NCBI GenBank assembly: GCA_032718475.1
Contig: JAUCBJ010001147.1
Span: 1 to 63,969 of the forward strand
DNA length: 63,969 nt
Direction: 5' to 3'
DNA from: Nemertoderma westbladi
Lineage: Eukaryota; Animalia; Xenacoelomorpha
Shown: positions 1 through 12,000 of the stretch, one piece after another
How positions within the stretch are numbered: the first letter of the stretch is position 1
Layout: each line of letters begins with the position of its first letter
Translations under genes and position numbers: made by a program
The notes under the pieces: generated by a model
What the model was told of the DNA's origin: nothing
Databases searched by the model: none
Seen by the model: only the letters and a program-made list of their open reading frames with translations

Positions 1-1152
1 ATTTAACCCCCTGTCGCTTCCACGATCAATTTACTACAGGCTCATTCCATGCAACAACAACAAATCGGTGTGGCACTATATCGCAGATTTCAAAAATATT
101 CTGTGAAAATGTTCAAAATATGTTATATAACGAGTGGTTGACGTTTGGCACCTAATGAAGCAGTAGAAAAATTTTTAGAGCCACTTTATTTTCGAATTTG
201 GCGAAAATTAATAGTTACATTATTGTCATTACCGTTGGTCTACATGCTAGGAAGATGGTTAAAATGAGACTAATGATTAGTTTAATAAATAATTAGTCAC
301 GTAGCAAAGAATTATGAATCACCCGATTTGTAGAGATAGGTAACCAGCACTTTTCATTTCACAAAAATTTCAGCAAAATTTCATTTTAAGGTATATTTGA
401 ACTACAAATTATTTATCTATCAATGATTGGTAATTGCTAAATCTAAGTTATTATGGACTACTCACATATACTAAACATATTCCCGGCGTTTTTTTAATTT
501 AAAATAATCGAAATTTTGTAACTACATTGAGTTTTGTTGAGTTCAATCGTAATAAAACATGAAATTAAAGAAATCTCTACAAGCTTATTTAGCATTGAAA
601 ATTCGCATGGAGAATTGTTTGATAATTATTAGTTGGACTTGTGAATATCAACTATCACCCATTATTAGTTTTGGTTTAATTCAACATTTAAATGTACATC
701 CTGTCAGCCGAATTTAATCCCTTATACTAGAAATGGAAGAGGCGGCATGGTGTTTTCTCAAAGAGACGCACTATTGATTGGCATTCAAACCTCAGCGGGA
801 GAGATGTACTCCCAACCTAAGCCAGTAGTAGCCTATCAGAGAGGTATAGTGTCTTAAAGACTCACCATAGTGATATAGAGCTGCTGGTTATATATGTTAA
901 TGTTTCTTGTGTAGTTATTATTACTTGGCCATGGCTCCTGGACTTGTAGCGTTATTGGGCCCGAATTCAGTCTTATTATTATAATTTATAGAATATAAGG
1001 TCTAATGTTAATCATAAATGTTAATCTTAATACATCATTACAAATAATACATTGAATACACCATACAAAATAAATCTAAATGCTAAATGATAATCATTGA
1101 TAGAGACTAATTTAATTACTATATAAATGGAATTGAAATATAAAGTAAGAAT

Positions 1153-2640
1153 CTAGAATCCCCAGAATTTATTAACCTTTGGAACTTTATACATCCCACG
1201 GGATGTCCCAGATGGAGATTTAATACACTCAATTATTTCATTCCACCTATAGAAGTGAACATCAGCTGATCGGGGCCACTTCCATGCCATTCCGACACTC
1301 TTCTCCATCGCTTTAATATTGGCTCCATCACCAGTTTTCGAAATTATTTCACCGGGATAGTGTTTACCATCATAGATGACAATAACAAAATTGCCAACAT
1401 TTACATTACCATAGTCAAAATCAGTCCTAGCAGAGTCAGTATCAATCGCATATATATCATTCATTGATGTAGATGTGATGTTAAATGAAACTTTGTCATT
1501 GACAGAATCGTAGTGAATGTGGTGACAGCTCATTATACCCGGTATTGCAACAGCAGCGCTCCAATCGATTTCCGAAATCTCCTCTTTGTCAACATGAAAT
1601 ACGTTAACTTTAGGCATGATATTTCTGACACAGTTAAAAAAATCCGTAGAATTCTGGACGATTAGTCCAACTTTACTCATTGATAATGACCGAACTAAAG
1701 ATTTGGCCCGGCCACCAATTCCATCGACCACACCTTTGCCATGGGATGTCGCTGTATATTTCCAATACAGTTGTTGTCCAGGGAAATATTTTTTACACAA
1801 AACTTGGACAAAGTGGGCCATATACTTATTCTTAAATTCACTCGAAGGACCATCGCTCCATAGTATAAGATCTGAAGCTGGAGGATGATTTTCTAGAATA
1901 TCCTTAATTATCAGTTCGATATAGAATGCCACCTCATCCTTGTATTTGTCCTTTGAATTAGAACAAATAAGATATGTTTGGTCAGCTACACCATTCCTAA
2001 AATATGCGGCTGTGAATAAAGTTACACTTTCTCGCGACCATAAAGCAGACTGCACCTCATCTTGATATTCACATGTGTAGCTCATCGCAAAATCAAACTG
2101 AAGAACGGCTTTGTTTGCAATGTTTTCCTTGAATTCATTGGCTTGGACACGTTTAATTCTAACATGTTCCTGGAAATCTGGTAACCGCTTATAAAATAGA
2201 CCCCGCACTTCGCCTAAGCTGCCAGTGAATTCTTTACTGATAAGTCGACCACCATCATCCTTAACCCACTGTTTCCATGTCACCTCTGCAGTGGGATGGA
2301 AATTCTCAATCATTTTAAAACAACCTCCGTCCTTACATGTACTACAAATATTTCTCCAACAGTCCGACTCATAGTTTGAAAAATTATCCTCACAAATAAC
2401 CTGATTCCAAAAATCGGAATATTCACACTCTGAAAGGCAGGAGTCAAACAATTTAAAAAAGTTTTCATGCATTAAACACTTACATTGATCAGCAGGTTGG
2501 TCTTTCAGCAACATAACATTTTTCGGACGTAGGCTACAAAATTTAGATAGCCCAATAGTATAATCGTTTTCTAATTTAAACCGCTTGTAAGCCTCTTCTA
2601 AAAAATACATTAGGAAGTATTTTCGCTCCTTGTGTTTGTG
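1153..2640 (-). CDS. DDE/D transposase, C-terminal ~490 aa (5' end lost or interrupted by a C-rich repeat)
   Basis: Motifs QFDFAMSY...QDEVQSALW, WSDGPSSEFKNK and TATSHGKGVVDGIGG, a Cys-rich region, and a C-terminal Tudor-like segment (VIVIYDGKHYPGEI...WKWP). The Gly-rich start of the ORF comes from repeat 2650-2800. Confidence 0.75.
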   Translation of the reverse strand, partial: HKHKERKYFLMYFLEEAYKRFKLENDYTIGLSKFCSLRPKNVMLLKDQPADQCKCLMHENFFKLFDSCLSECEYSDFWNQVICEDNFSNYESDCWRNICSTCKDGGCFKMIENFHPTAEVTWKQWVKDDGGRLISKEFTGSLGEVRGLFYKRLPDFQEHVRIKRVQANEFKENIANKAVLQFDFAMSYTCEYQDEVQSALWSRESVTLFTAAYFRNGVADQTYLICSNSKDKYKDEVAFYIELIIKDILENHPPASDLILWSDGPSSEFKNKYMAHFVQVLCKKYFPGQQLYWKYTATSHGKGVVDGIGGRAKSLVRSLSMSKVGLIVQNSTDFFNCVRNIMPKVNVFHVDKEEISEIDWSAAVAIPGIMSCHHIHYDSVNDKVSFNITSTSMNDIYAIDTDSARTDFDYGNVNVGNFVIVIYDGKHYPGEIISKTGDGANIKAMEKSVGMAWKWPRSADVHFYRWNEIIECIKSPSGTSRGMYKVPKVNKFWGF

Positions 2641-2649
2641 ACCATTTTC

Positions 2650-2800
2650 CCAAACCCCTCCCCAAAACGCCCCCAGACAACCCCCCACCCCCGGAAAAAC
2701 CCCCACCCCGGTCAAAACCCCTCCCCAAAAACCCCCTGGACAACCCCCAACCGGACAAACCCACCCCCCCCCCCGGACAAAACCCCCCTATCCAACTAGA
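2650..2800. repeat. C-rich degenerate tandem repeat (ggacaa-C(n) units)
   Basis: Repeated ggacaaccccc/aaaaccccc units. The minus strand is rich in G-tracts. Confidence 0.7.
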
Positions 2801-3773
2801 CATATCAAAACAAACATCCCCATGACAAAACGTAATATAATTTTCAATAGTTTACTTAATTTAGCAACTAAATATAATTTACAGTATCACTACACTTATT
2901 AGTATACATGTATCCATGATCCTTAACTAAGTTAATGCCACCTTTATTATTTCTAACAACTTCTATACTGTAAAACAAGACATAGCTAAAAATAAAAGGC
3001 ACCAATAAATATCAGAATGAATGCAAAAAATAGAAGTGGTCTTATAAAGGTGATGTATCAATGAGTGACATTTCAAATACTGTCGGCGACTAATTGACAT
3101 GTCAATCAACAAACGGCTGGGCTGGGCTTGGGCTTCCCCTTAAATGGTTAACTAATTTAGTGGGTGGTGGCAATACATTGATACCTATACATCAATCATA
3201 CAGCAGCCTATTGAAGGCGCCTAATTGGCTTGTCAATCAACTGAAGGTGGGCATCACTTTGATTATGTAATCTGGGTGTGTTTGGTGGATCGGTGTCAAT
3301 TAACAGCATTCCATACATACTGATACTATAATACAATATAGTAATATAGACCTCATACTATGTAACATCTCTGAGGGCTACGTAACATAGGGGACATCCT
3401 GTGGGATGTATAAAGTTCCAAAAGTTAATAAATTCTGGGGATTCTAGATATTAATTTGTTAAAATATATTATATTTCAATTCCATTTATATAGTAATTAA
3501 ATTAGTCTCTATTAATGATTATCATTTAGCATTTAGATTTATTTTGTATGGTGTATTTAATGTATTATTTGTAATGATGTATTAAGATTAACATTTATGA
3601 TTAACATTAGACCTTATATTCTATAAATTATATCTATTAATTATATCTTATAAGACTGAATTCGGGCCCAATAACGCTACAAGTCCAGGAGCCATGGCCA
3701 AGTAATAATAACTACACAAGAAACATTAACATATATAACCAGCAGCTCTATATCACTATGGTGAGTCTTTAAG

Positions 3774-5320
3774 ACACGTTCGTGGGGACTTCGCGCAGCA
3801 CGAGGCCTAGTTATTATATACAAATTAAAATGCAGCGACTGTATCACAAAATCAGGTTTTGAGAAATATACCCACACCACCAATCAATCAAAGAAAGGTG
3901 GACAGTACGTGTTCACCCGTTTTAATCCCCCCCCCCCCCCCCCCCACCCTTCCCAACCACCAATACATAACCGCGACATCTACCACCCACGGAAGGGTAG
4001 CACGAACTTATTTCCAATCGCACGTTAAATATGCAAAGCCAGGTGGTTTATAGGAATATAATAAACGCAGTACTCGTTTTCATTATAAGCCTCTTTGCGT
4101 TCGTCCTGTTTTGTATTTAAATATATTTCTTAAACGCAAGCTAGGACGATCTTTATAATAATAATAACTAGGGATGCGATCAATATGTGAAGCCAGGTGG
4201 TTTATATAATAATTTAGTCAACGCAGTACTCGTCTTCATTATATGCCTCGTTGCGCTCGTCGCTTGTCCTGTTTTGTCATAAAATATTTTTCCTAAACGC
4301 AGACTGACGATCTTTATACAGTTATAACTATGCGAAGTTTCGAAACTGTGCGAGTAACTGTTGATACATCTATGTGGAGATGTGTGATATGTGGAGATGT
4401 GTGATACAACGCCAACGCATCTTATGCCGATGTAGTAATATGGGTATTGAAATAATATTAAATCAATGTACAAAGCTGCAGCGAAAAAATGTAGCTAATT
4501 TCCTAGGTTACATATAAAATAATAATATTATTTTTAAGAACATTAATTTTACTACTTTGCAAAAATTCAATTAAAAAATAACCAGACATATACATTGTGG
4601 AATAAACTATTTCAGAAGCCTACAACAGCCATGCCATGGATTGTATTTATGTTATTATATCTGTCATTTAACTGAGATAGCAATAGTAGTAATAGTCGAA
4701 CGGTTATGCGGCCCGTCCAGCCTGTAATAAACACAATTCAGTGATTGGGCTGGAATAGCAATACTGGTTGCCTCTATTACAATTCCTCTCAGTCTACAGC
4801 CACAACTCCCAGCAGCTAGCTCCACACCAGCAGAGACTTGACCAATAATGGGAAGGATTAAATTTGTACTCAATAATTGTGCGGTTTAATTACGTTTAGA
4901 TCAATTAAAGACACATTTATTAAAGCAAATCACTTAAACTAATTAAAAACTATAATAGAATGGCGTATGGGGATTATATCTGTATAATTTTTAAGTATAA
5001 TTATTTAAATCTTATACTGTAAAACAATTAATTTCCTTTAAAAGGCAGGTTGAAAATGGCGTTTTCACCGCAATCAACTTAATTAACTAATTAACTGCTA
5101 TTATCTTAGCTTCTCGAAGGCCACACGGAAATTCTACTTGGAAAATTTCTAAACTTTTGCCAAACAACATGTGTACCAAGTTTGGATAGATTTCATCAAA
5201 GATTGGCCGAGTTATTAACGTTTAAAATTGAACACGACAGAACGACAGAACGACAGAACGACAGGTTGATTAATGGTACCACTACGCTAAGGCTCACTCA
5301 CTTCGTGGCTCGCCCCACAC
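3774..5320 (-). mobile_element. Non-autonomous DINE/Helentron- or Crypton-like element inserted in the right TIR
   Basis: Absent from the left TIR (empty site gtatagtgtcttaaag). On the minus strand it starts tgtggggcgag, carries an internal (ctgtcgtt)n microsatellite and ends cgtgctgcgcgaagtccccacgaacgtgt. The same ends occur at 28301-28929. Confidence 0.75.
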
Positions 5321-7441
5321 TATACCTCTCTGATAGGCTACTACTGGCTTAGGTTGGGAGTACATCTCTCCCGCTGAGGTTTGAATGCCAATCAATAGTG
5401 CGTCTCTTTGAGTAAACACCATGCCGCCTCTTCCATTTCTAGTATAAGGGATTAAATTCGGCTGACAGGATGTACATTTAAATGTTGAATTAAACCAAAA
5501 CTAATAATGGGTGATAGTTGATATTCACAAGTCCAACTAATAATTATCAAACAATTCTCCATGCGAATTTTCAATGCTAAATAAGCTTGTAGAGATTTCT
5601 TTAATTTCATGTTTTATTACGATTGAACTCAACAAAACTCAATGTAGTTACAAAATTTCGATTATTTTAAATTAAAAAAACGCCGGGAATATGTTTAGTA
5701 TATGTGAGTAGTCCATAATAACTTAGATTTAGCAATTACCAATCATTGATAGATAAATAATTTGTAGTTCAAATATACCTTAAAATGAAATTTTGTTGAA
5801 ATTTTTGTGAAATGAAAAGTGCTGGTTACCTATCTCTACAAATCGGGTGATTCATAATTCTTTGCTACGTGACTAATTATTTATTAAACTAATCATTAGT
5901 CTCATTTTAACCATCTTCCTAGCATGTAGACCAACGGTAATGACAATAATGTAACTATTAATTTTCGCCAAATTCGAAAATAAAGTGGCTCTAAAAATTT
6001 TTCTACTGCTTCATTAGGTGCCAAACGTCAACCACTCGTTATATAACATATTTTGAACATTTTCACAGAATATTTTTGAAATCTGCGATATAGTGCCACA
6101 CCGATTTGTTGTTGTTGCATGGAATGAGCCTACAGTAGAAAATAAATGTGCGTTCCACTTAAACATAAGGGATAACTGTCTGCGATACTGCTCAGCAAAA
6201 CGTGTTGGGGGGTATGAGATGCTACACTTTTTCATGAGAAAGCGTTTAACTGCGACTGATGATGATAAACAGAAAGAAATAACTGCGGTGGAAGATGTAC
6301 TCATACTGTAGGTTTAACTGCGGTGGAAGATGTACTCTTACAGTAGGTTTACTCTAAGCTTGTAATGTGATGGGATAATATATTTGTTTTAATGTCAATA
6401 AACAATAATAAAAACATTAAAATCTTTTTTTTTATATCGCTGTTTACACTCACAAACACACCACACCTACCGGTAGCCCTCTGTTGTATCAGAGTTTAAC
6501 TACCAGTAGCTAGCTGACTTTACAGACATATAGAATGGCAGAATGGCGCCCTTCTAGACTGACAGCAACCACAAGGTTTTAGCGTTACTTACTAAATTAA
6601 CTCAACATGGAGGGTTCGTGAATGCTGCATTAGAGAGGCCCACCTAACAATAGGCCTACTGGTACCGACGGCCCTGTAGCCCTCTTCCAACTGTATACCA
6701 GTACTTGAGGATAGAGCAAGGGTATACCAGTTTCTTTGATTTAAGGATTACACTATTACACTTGAATGCTTCCAATTTTATGTTTACAACTTTAATTGGT
6801 CTAATCTACATTACTGCGGGCTACTACTGTCGCATAGGTAAGCCTATACAGCTATAGTTAACTTATGCGGGGCCCTTTTTCGAATGTTGACCCAATATGG
6901 TTTATGGTTAACCTTTAGTACTCACGGATAGGTAAGGTACACTTTCATTCGGTTAGGCATATAGGCCTAATGACTACTCCTCAACTGAAAGTTGACTAGC
7001 TCATTGATACAATAGGTGTGGTTAGGTACCGGTAGGGCTATAGGTCCTATAAAATCCCCCCACACTCTCTGTTACTAACTTTCTACATTCACTCTATGTT
7101 GTATGCTTCTTTACAGTTAACCTTTAGAACTCTTGGTTAGGGGCGCCATCATTCAACCAGTCATATAATGGCTCCACTCGGATACAATAGGTGTGGCTCG
7201 CGGTATACCTAACTAAGCCTATATAAAATCCACCCCATTCTCTGTTACTAACATTCACTCTATGTTGACGGGGGACTATATAAAACATAGTTAATTTATT
7301 TATGTATTCGCTTTTTTTTAAATTATATATCAAATAGATTCGGTCTACTAAGTTTTATAAGCAACAATAACTGATAACAATAACAATAACAACAACAACA
7401 ACAATATCAACAACACTAAATTTATTACTGTATTATACTTT

Positions 7442-7759
7442 TTATAGTCCTATATGTGGGTCCTTCAGTGGAGTTTCCTCCATTACCGGTACCTGTAAAT
7501 GGTTGTTTATAGGCCTAACTTCTACCGGTCTTTGTGTTGGTATATTGAAGTGAAGCGTATTATCAACATCATTCTCCCAATTTTCGCTAGAGGGTGAGCT
7601 TCCCGATATTCGCGGTGGTTGTATCTTTATATCAAGCGTGAAATCTTTTGAAATTTCAACCTTTGTAGGCGATAAAGGTAGACCATCTACTTGACCTACT
7701 CCATATTCTACCGAAGTAAACCCGATCTCAAATTTTTGGTTTATATATCGCAACTCCAT
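7442..7759 (-). CDS. Hypothetical protein, co-oriented with the pPolB cluster
   Basis: 105-aa ORF with protein-like composition downstream of the TBP-like gene. No family recognised. Confidence 0.3.
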   Translation of the reverse strand: MELRYINQKFEIGFTSVEYGVGQVDGLPLSPTKVEISKDFTLDIKIQPPRISGSSPSSENWENDVDNTLHFNIPTQRPVEVRPINNHLQVPVMEETPLKDPHIGL

Positions 7760-8542
7760 CTCAGCAATATTGGATGCTGAGAGATATGTTTCGTCGCTTC
7801 ATTGCAATTCGATTTTGATACAACTTTTCAACTCTTGGTTATTGAAAAAGGCGAATGTCATCTTCGAGTCGAGGTAAGTTGTCGTCGTCGTAACTAGGTA
7901 CCGGTAAGAATATCTTTAAATTGAATAGGTAGGCCTACTGATATTTTTTTCTTCTTTTGTTTAACAAAATTATAGTTCACTGTCAGAAAAATTGAGTTTA
8001 TATATATTTTTGTAGAGGGTCGCAGATGTGTACATTACAAAATTATCATAGTTAACAAAATGCACAACATAAACCTTTCCCAGGCGGATTAGCGATATAT
8101 GCTCTGTTCGTTGTTCTATTCTGAATGTAGGGAGATGCATAGCCGATGTTTTAATGATATGTACCGGTATACAGACTAGTAACAGATAGGAGGGCATCGT
8201 CTTTGACTATGAATACCAGCACATAGCCCTAATCTTTTCTCACCGAGCTTAGCGTTGCCCGCCGCACTCACGCACACTCATAAGTAACAGATGCGCTATT
8301 GTAACTCACTCGTGAGCAACAATGCCAAGTTAGCTAGCCAGCTAGCTACAGCCCCTGAGTATACTATGCCTACTTGAGTGTTACAAGCAGCAATCGCTCT
8401 ACCGAAGTTAATTTCCCCTCAAACTAGTTGTTGATTTTAAAAAAATATTCATAATTTTTTTCCAACCAATTTAATATATATATATTTTACAGTAAAAATC
8501 TCCACCACCAAACAGCAACAACAACAATAAATTTCACTCACA

Positions 8543-9094
8543 CTAATTATATTTTACAACAAAAACCCTCGCACCAAACAATAATAAATTATTAACCAGT
8601 TTGTTGAATATAGGGTAATATATATGAAATTTAAACGGGGAACACATTAATGTACATTTACCGGTGTAGAAGCAGCAAACAACAACATTATTATTTATTC
8701 TGACTTTACAGTTATTGAATATTTCAGGTTCATATATAACTTGAAGTTGCACATTATCAAAGACAACATAAAACCCGGTATTGTTTATCAATAACCTATA
8801 GACTACAGACTTAATACTAAAAATATAAGTACATAAATTAACAGATTTTAAAATCAAATTAATACTAGTTTTATCAAATATATGCTTTTTTACTTTTTGG
8901 AAATTATACTTACTGCCTAATAATGTAATACGACCATTTTTAAATATTAATAATGTGGCACCAAATATCTTATATATAAACTGATTTGGTTTGAGTATGT
9001 GTTTACCAGATAATTGATTTTTTAATTCTTTAAAATTAATCGCTAACACTTGCTGGCAACTTATATTTTTATTTACTATTTGATAATTCATCAT
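8543..9094 (-). CDS. Divergent TATA-box-binding protein (TBP)-like protein
   Basis: Two TBP-type repeats: ATLLIFKNGRITLLGSK (cf. TALIFSSGKMVCTGAK) and YEPEIFNNCKVRI...VVCCFYTGKCTL (cf. YEPELFPGLIYRM...LLIFVSGKVVL). About 180 aa, equal to TBP core size. The start overlaps the polymerase stop. Confidence 0.75.
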   Translation of the reverse strand: MMNYQIVNKNISCQQVLAINFKELKNQLSGKHILKPNQFIYKIFGATLLIFKNGRITLLGSKYNFQKVKKHIFDKTSINLILKSVNLCTYIFSIKSVVYRLLINNTGFYVVFDNVQLQVIYEPEIFNNCKVRINNNVVVCCFYTGKCTLMCSPFKFHIYYPIFNKLVNNLLLFGARVFVVKYN

Positions 9095-12000
9095 CAATAC
9101 CATCGTCTTTTGGTTCTTCATAAATTGGTATATTTGATATTTTTATAGGTTTTTTGAGGTTTGTTTTATAGTGCCCCCAAGGAAGCGAATGATTTTTATT
9201 AACCCAATAAAGTTTATCGTCAAAGCTACTGAGTGCAAATTTATTTTGCTTTAAGGTATAAATACGATGTAATTTAGATTGAAATCTGTGTATGTTTTTT
9301 TTTATTTCTTCATTTGAGTTATATGCTTTTAAATATTCTTCATGTGTAATATTCGTTTCCACAACAGCTCTTGTAATACCTTTTGCTCTACGAATATTTT
9401 TGTTATTCCATTCCAAAATTGAATATAATTTTGGTCTTAAAAATACTGCTTGTTTAATTTCACGTGAGGCTAGTTCGTCTTTACAGTAATAGAGTTGGGA
9501 TTTATTTTTATCGCTGTAGAGAGGGTGATCCTTAGGGTAATTGGAAGTATCTAAAATATTATTTTTAATTAATGCTTTAAAAAAATTATTCTGCGATGTA
9601 TTATAATAACAACCTATTAAAGAGTCAGTGTCTGATGCAGCAATTTCAATACGACAGTTTAATTCTTTCTCAATAGGTAGCAATTTATTGTAAAACAGCT
9701 CATACATATCCAATTTAGCCAAGTCCAACACAGCGCTACCAATAAATATAGGCTTATCGAGAGTTACAGAGTCTTTCACTAATAAATGTCCTGATAATGT
9801 ATTATTGTATATTATAAATTGTTCATGATTAATACGATTTACCAATTGATCGCATTTATCGTTGCTATTTGCGATACGAAAGTTACATTGATCTCTTATC
9901 TTTTCTATTGATTTGCCAAACAGTGAATTATTGAGCAATTTCGCGACAGCAGTTTCAATGTAACTTTTTGCTAGGCGCCTTTGATTAATATTAAAATCTA
10001 TGTAATTTTTAAATACAAATTCTTGTTGAAAAGAATATAATTTATGTAGTTTAGTAACAATTAATCCATGTTTTATATAAAATTTTAACAGTTTCAAATG
10101 TAAATGATAAAACTCTTTATCAAATTGCATCAGCAAGAGTTTTGGTGTAGACATCCTATATTTACGGGAGGTACCTCTTTGTATCGATAAATTATTAAAT
10201 TGTTCCCTCATATAAGGTGAAAGCATTGATTCATTTATACTTAAATGCTCTGGAGCTAACGGTAATTGTAATGTTTGATCGTGAATAGCTTTGGGATAAT
10301 TTAAATCACATATTAAAAAATATCCAGTAGATCCATCCATGTCTAAATCTACCAAGTACTCGATTAGTTTTTCTGGAATTGCATTCTCTAAATGTTTAAT
10401 ACTTACTTCTTTGAATTGCGAGGTGGGTAGTTTTTTACTTAAATTCCCTGAATATAAAGAGTTGAAATCAATATTAAAAATATGGCATTCTTCCTTAGTA
10501 GAATCATATGTACTTGTTCCTGGTATATTTGATTCTATATAATGCTTTCGACAAAATGAAACACCACCCCTAATTGATTTTTCAAAATCTCTATATGTCT
10601 GATAATCCTTTATTAATTCTATTTTACATTTATTATATTTTAGTGCGCAATCATAGGTAAATGACGCGATACTACAGTAAAATACCACTTCTAAATCGTA
10701 ATTTTGTTTACAAACATTCCTAAAATTCTCAAATATATCAGCAAGCAAACAAACATCGAGTTTTAAATAGGCTAAAAGATAATCTTTGAAATTCACACAG
10801 TCGAATTCAACCCATGATAATTCCGCAAACCTATAATCTTCAATTGTACATGTTTTTTGACTTAAGTTACTAAAAAAATTATTTATAGATGGTAAACTAG
10901 TATCATTAAATTTATTAATATCTGTCAAGTACTCGTATGGAAATACTCCTTTCCGTTTAATTGTTGAGTTATTCAAGTTTGGATAAAAATATTTCATTTC
11001 TTGTAGAGTAATAGGTAAAATTGAGCTTATATCATGACTCGCTACATCCTTAGTTGAACACTCAACTAAATTACTTAACCCTATTAAACCCGGGGGGGGG
11101 GTCAATATGACCCCTCCCGTGGTTTTTTTATTATAATTCTGAAACAAACGCAGTTGGAATTCTGAAATTCTATGACTTTTCCTAAAAATCTATTGTCTTC
11201 CTAGCAGTGAAAACCGTTTTCAAAAATATTGGGTAGTTTTCGAGTTATAGCACCATTTTTTAACCCTACTTTTGGCACTTTTTTTGAGACGTTTTTTGAA
11301 AATTACATTTCATTAAATATTAATTGTAACATCTCTATTTTTTATTTACACCGGTTTTTTGGTGTTAGCAATTGGATGGAATTCATATAAATTGATTTAG
11401 AAATTTCAAACTTGTTTTTTTCGGCGAGTGCCAAATTTTGGTGCCAGCACCAAATTTTGAAATATGTCAATTTTGTAAATTGATTGTTTGAAACTTGTTT
11501 TTTACGCAATTGGGGTATTTTGGGGTTCTGGTTTCGATGAAATATATACGAGTTGCACCAAGCGTATCAAACTTGTATTTTTCGGTGCTGTGTGCAAATT
11601 TTGGTGCTAGCACGAAATTTTGAAAATCCATTCAATAGATAAAATTGCTTGTGACAATTTATTTCTTGCATTTTAGAGGTTTATGGCTGTTCTGAATTCA
11701 ATGGAATATATAATTATCGAACTTGACATCTCAAACTTGTATTTTTCGGAAGTGGGTGCAAAATGTGGTGCTAGCACCAAATTTTGAAAACCATCAAATA
11801 TATCAATTGATTGTGTCATCTTGTTTCTTGCGTTATACGGGTTTGTTAGGGTTCTGAATTCAATGGAATCAGTAAAAATTTCATAAGAGTTTTCAAACTT
11901 GTATTTTTCGCCGGTGTGTGAAAATTGTTGTTTTGCACCAAATTTTGGAAAATGAGTAAATTGATCAGTAGATAGTATCATCTTGTTTCTTGCGTTATAT

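Larger units (their letters stand above)
39..6130. mobile_element. DNA transposon with ~1.17 kb terminal inverted repeats and 4-bp TSD (Sola-like by inference)
   Basis: 39..852 is the near-exact reverse complement of 5317..6130, and 849..1209 of ~3390..3777. TACA flanks both ends (35-38 and 6131-6134). The element encloses a DDE-type transposase ORF. Confidence 0.8.

Noticed and set aside
2640-2803. Gly-rich ORFs / transposase start
   Set aside because: Translation of a C-rich repeat.
11079-11147. N-terminus of the 692-aa polymerase ORF
   Set aside because: It derives from the MITE end. The true frame continues at 12636.
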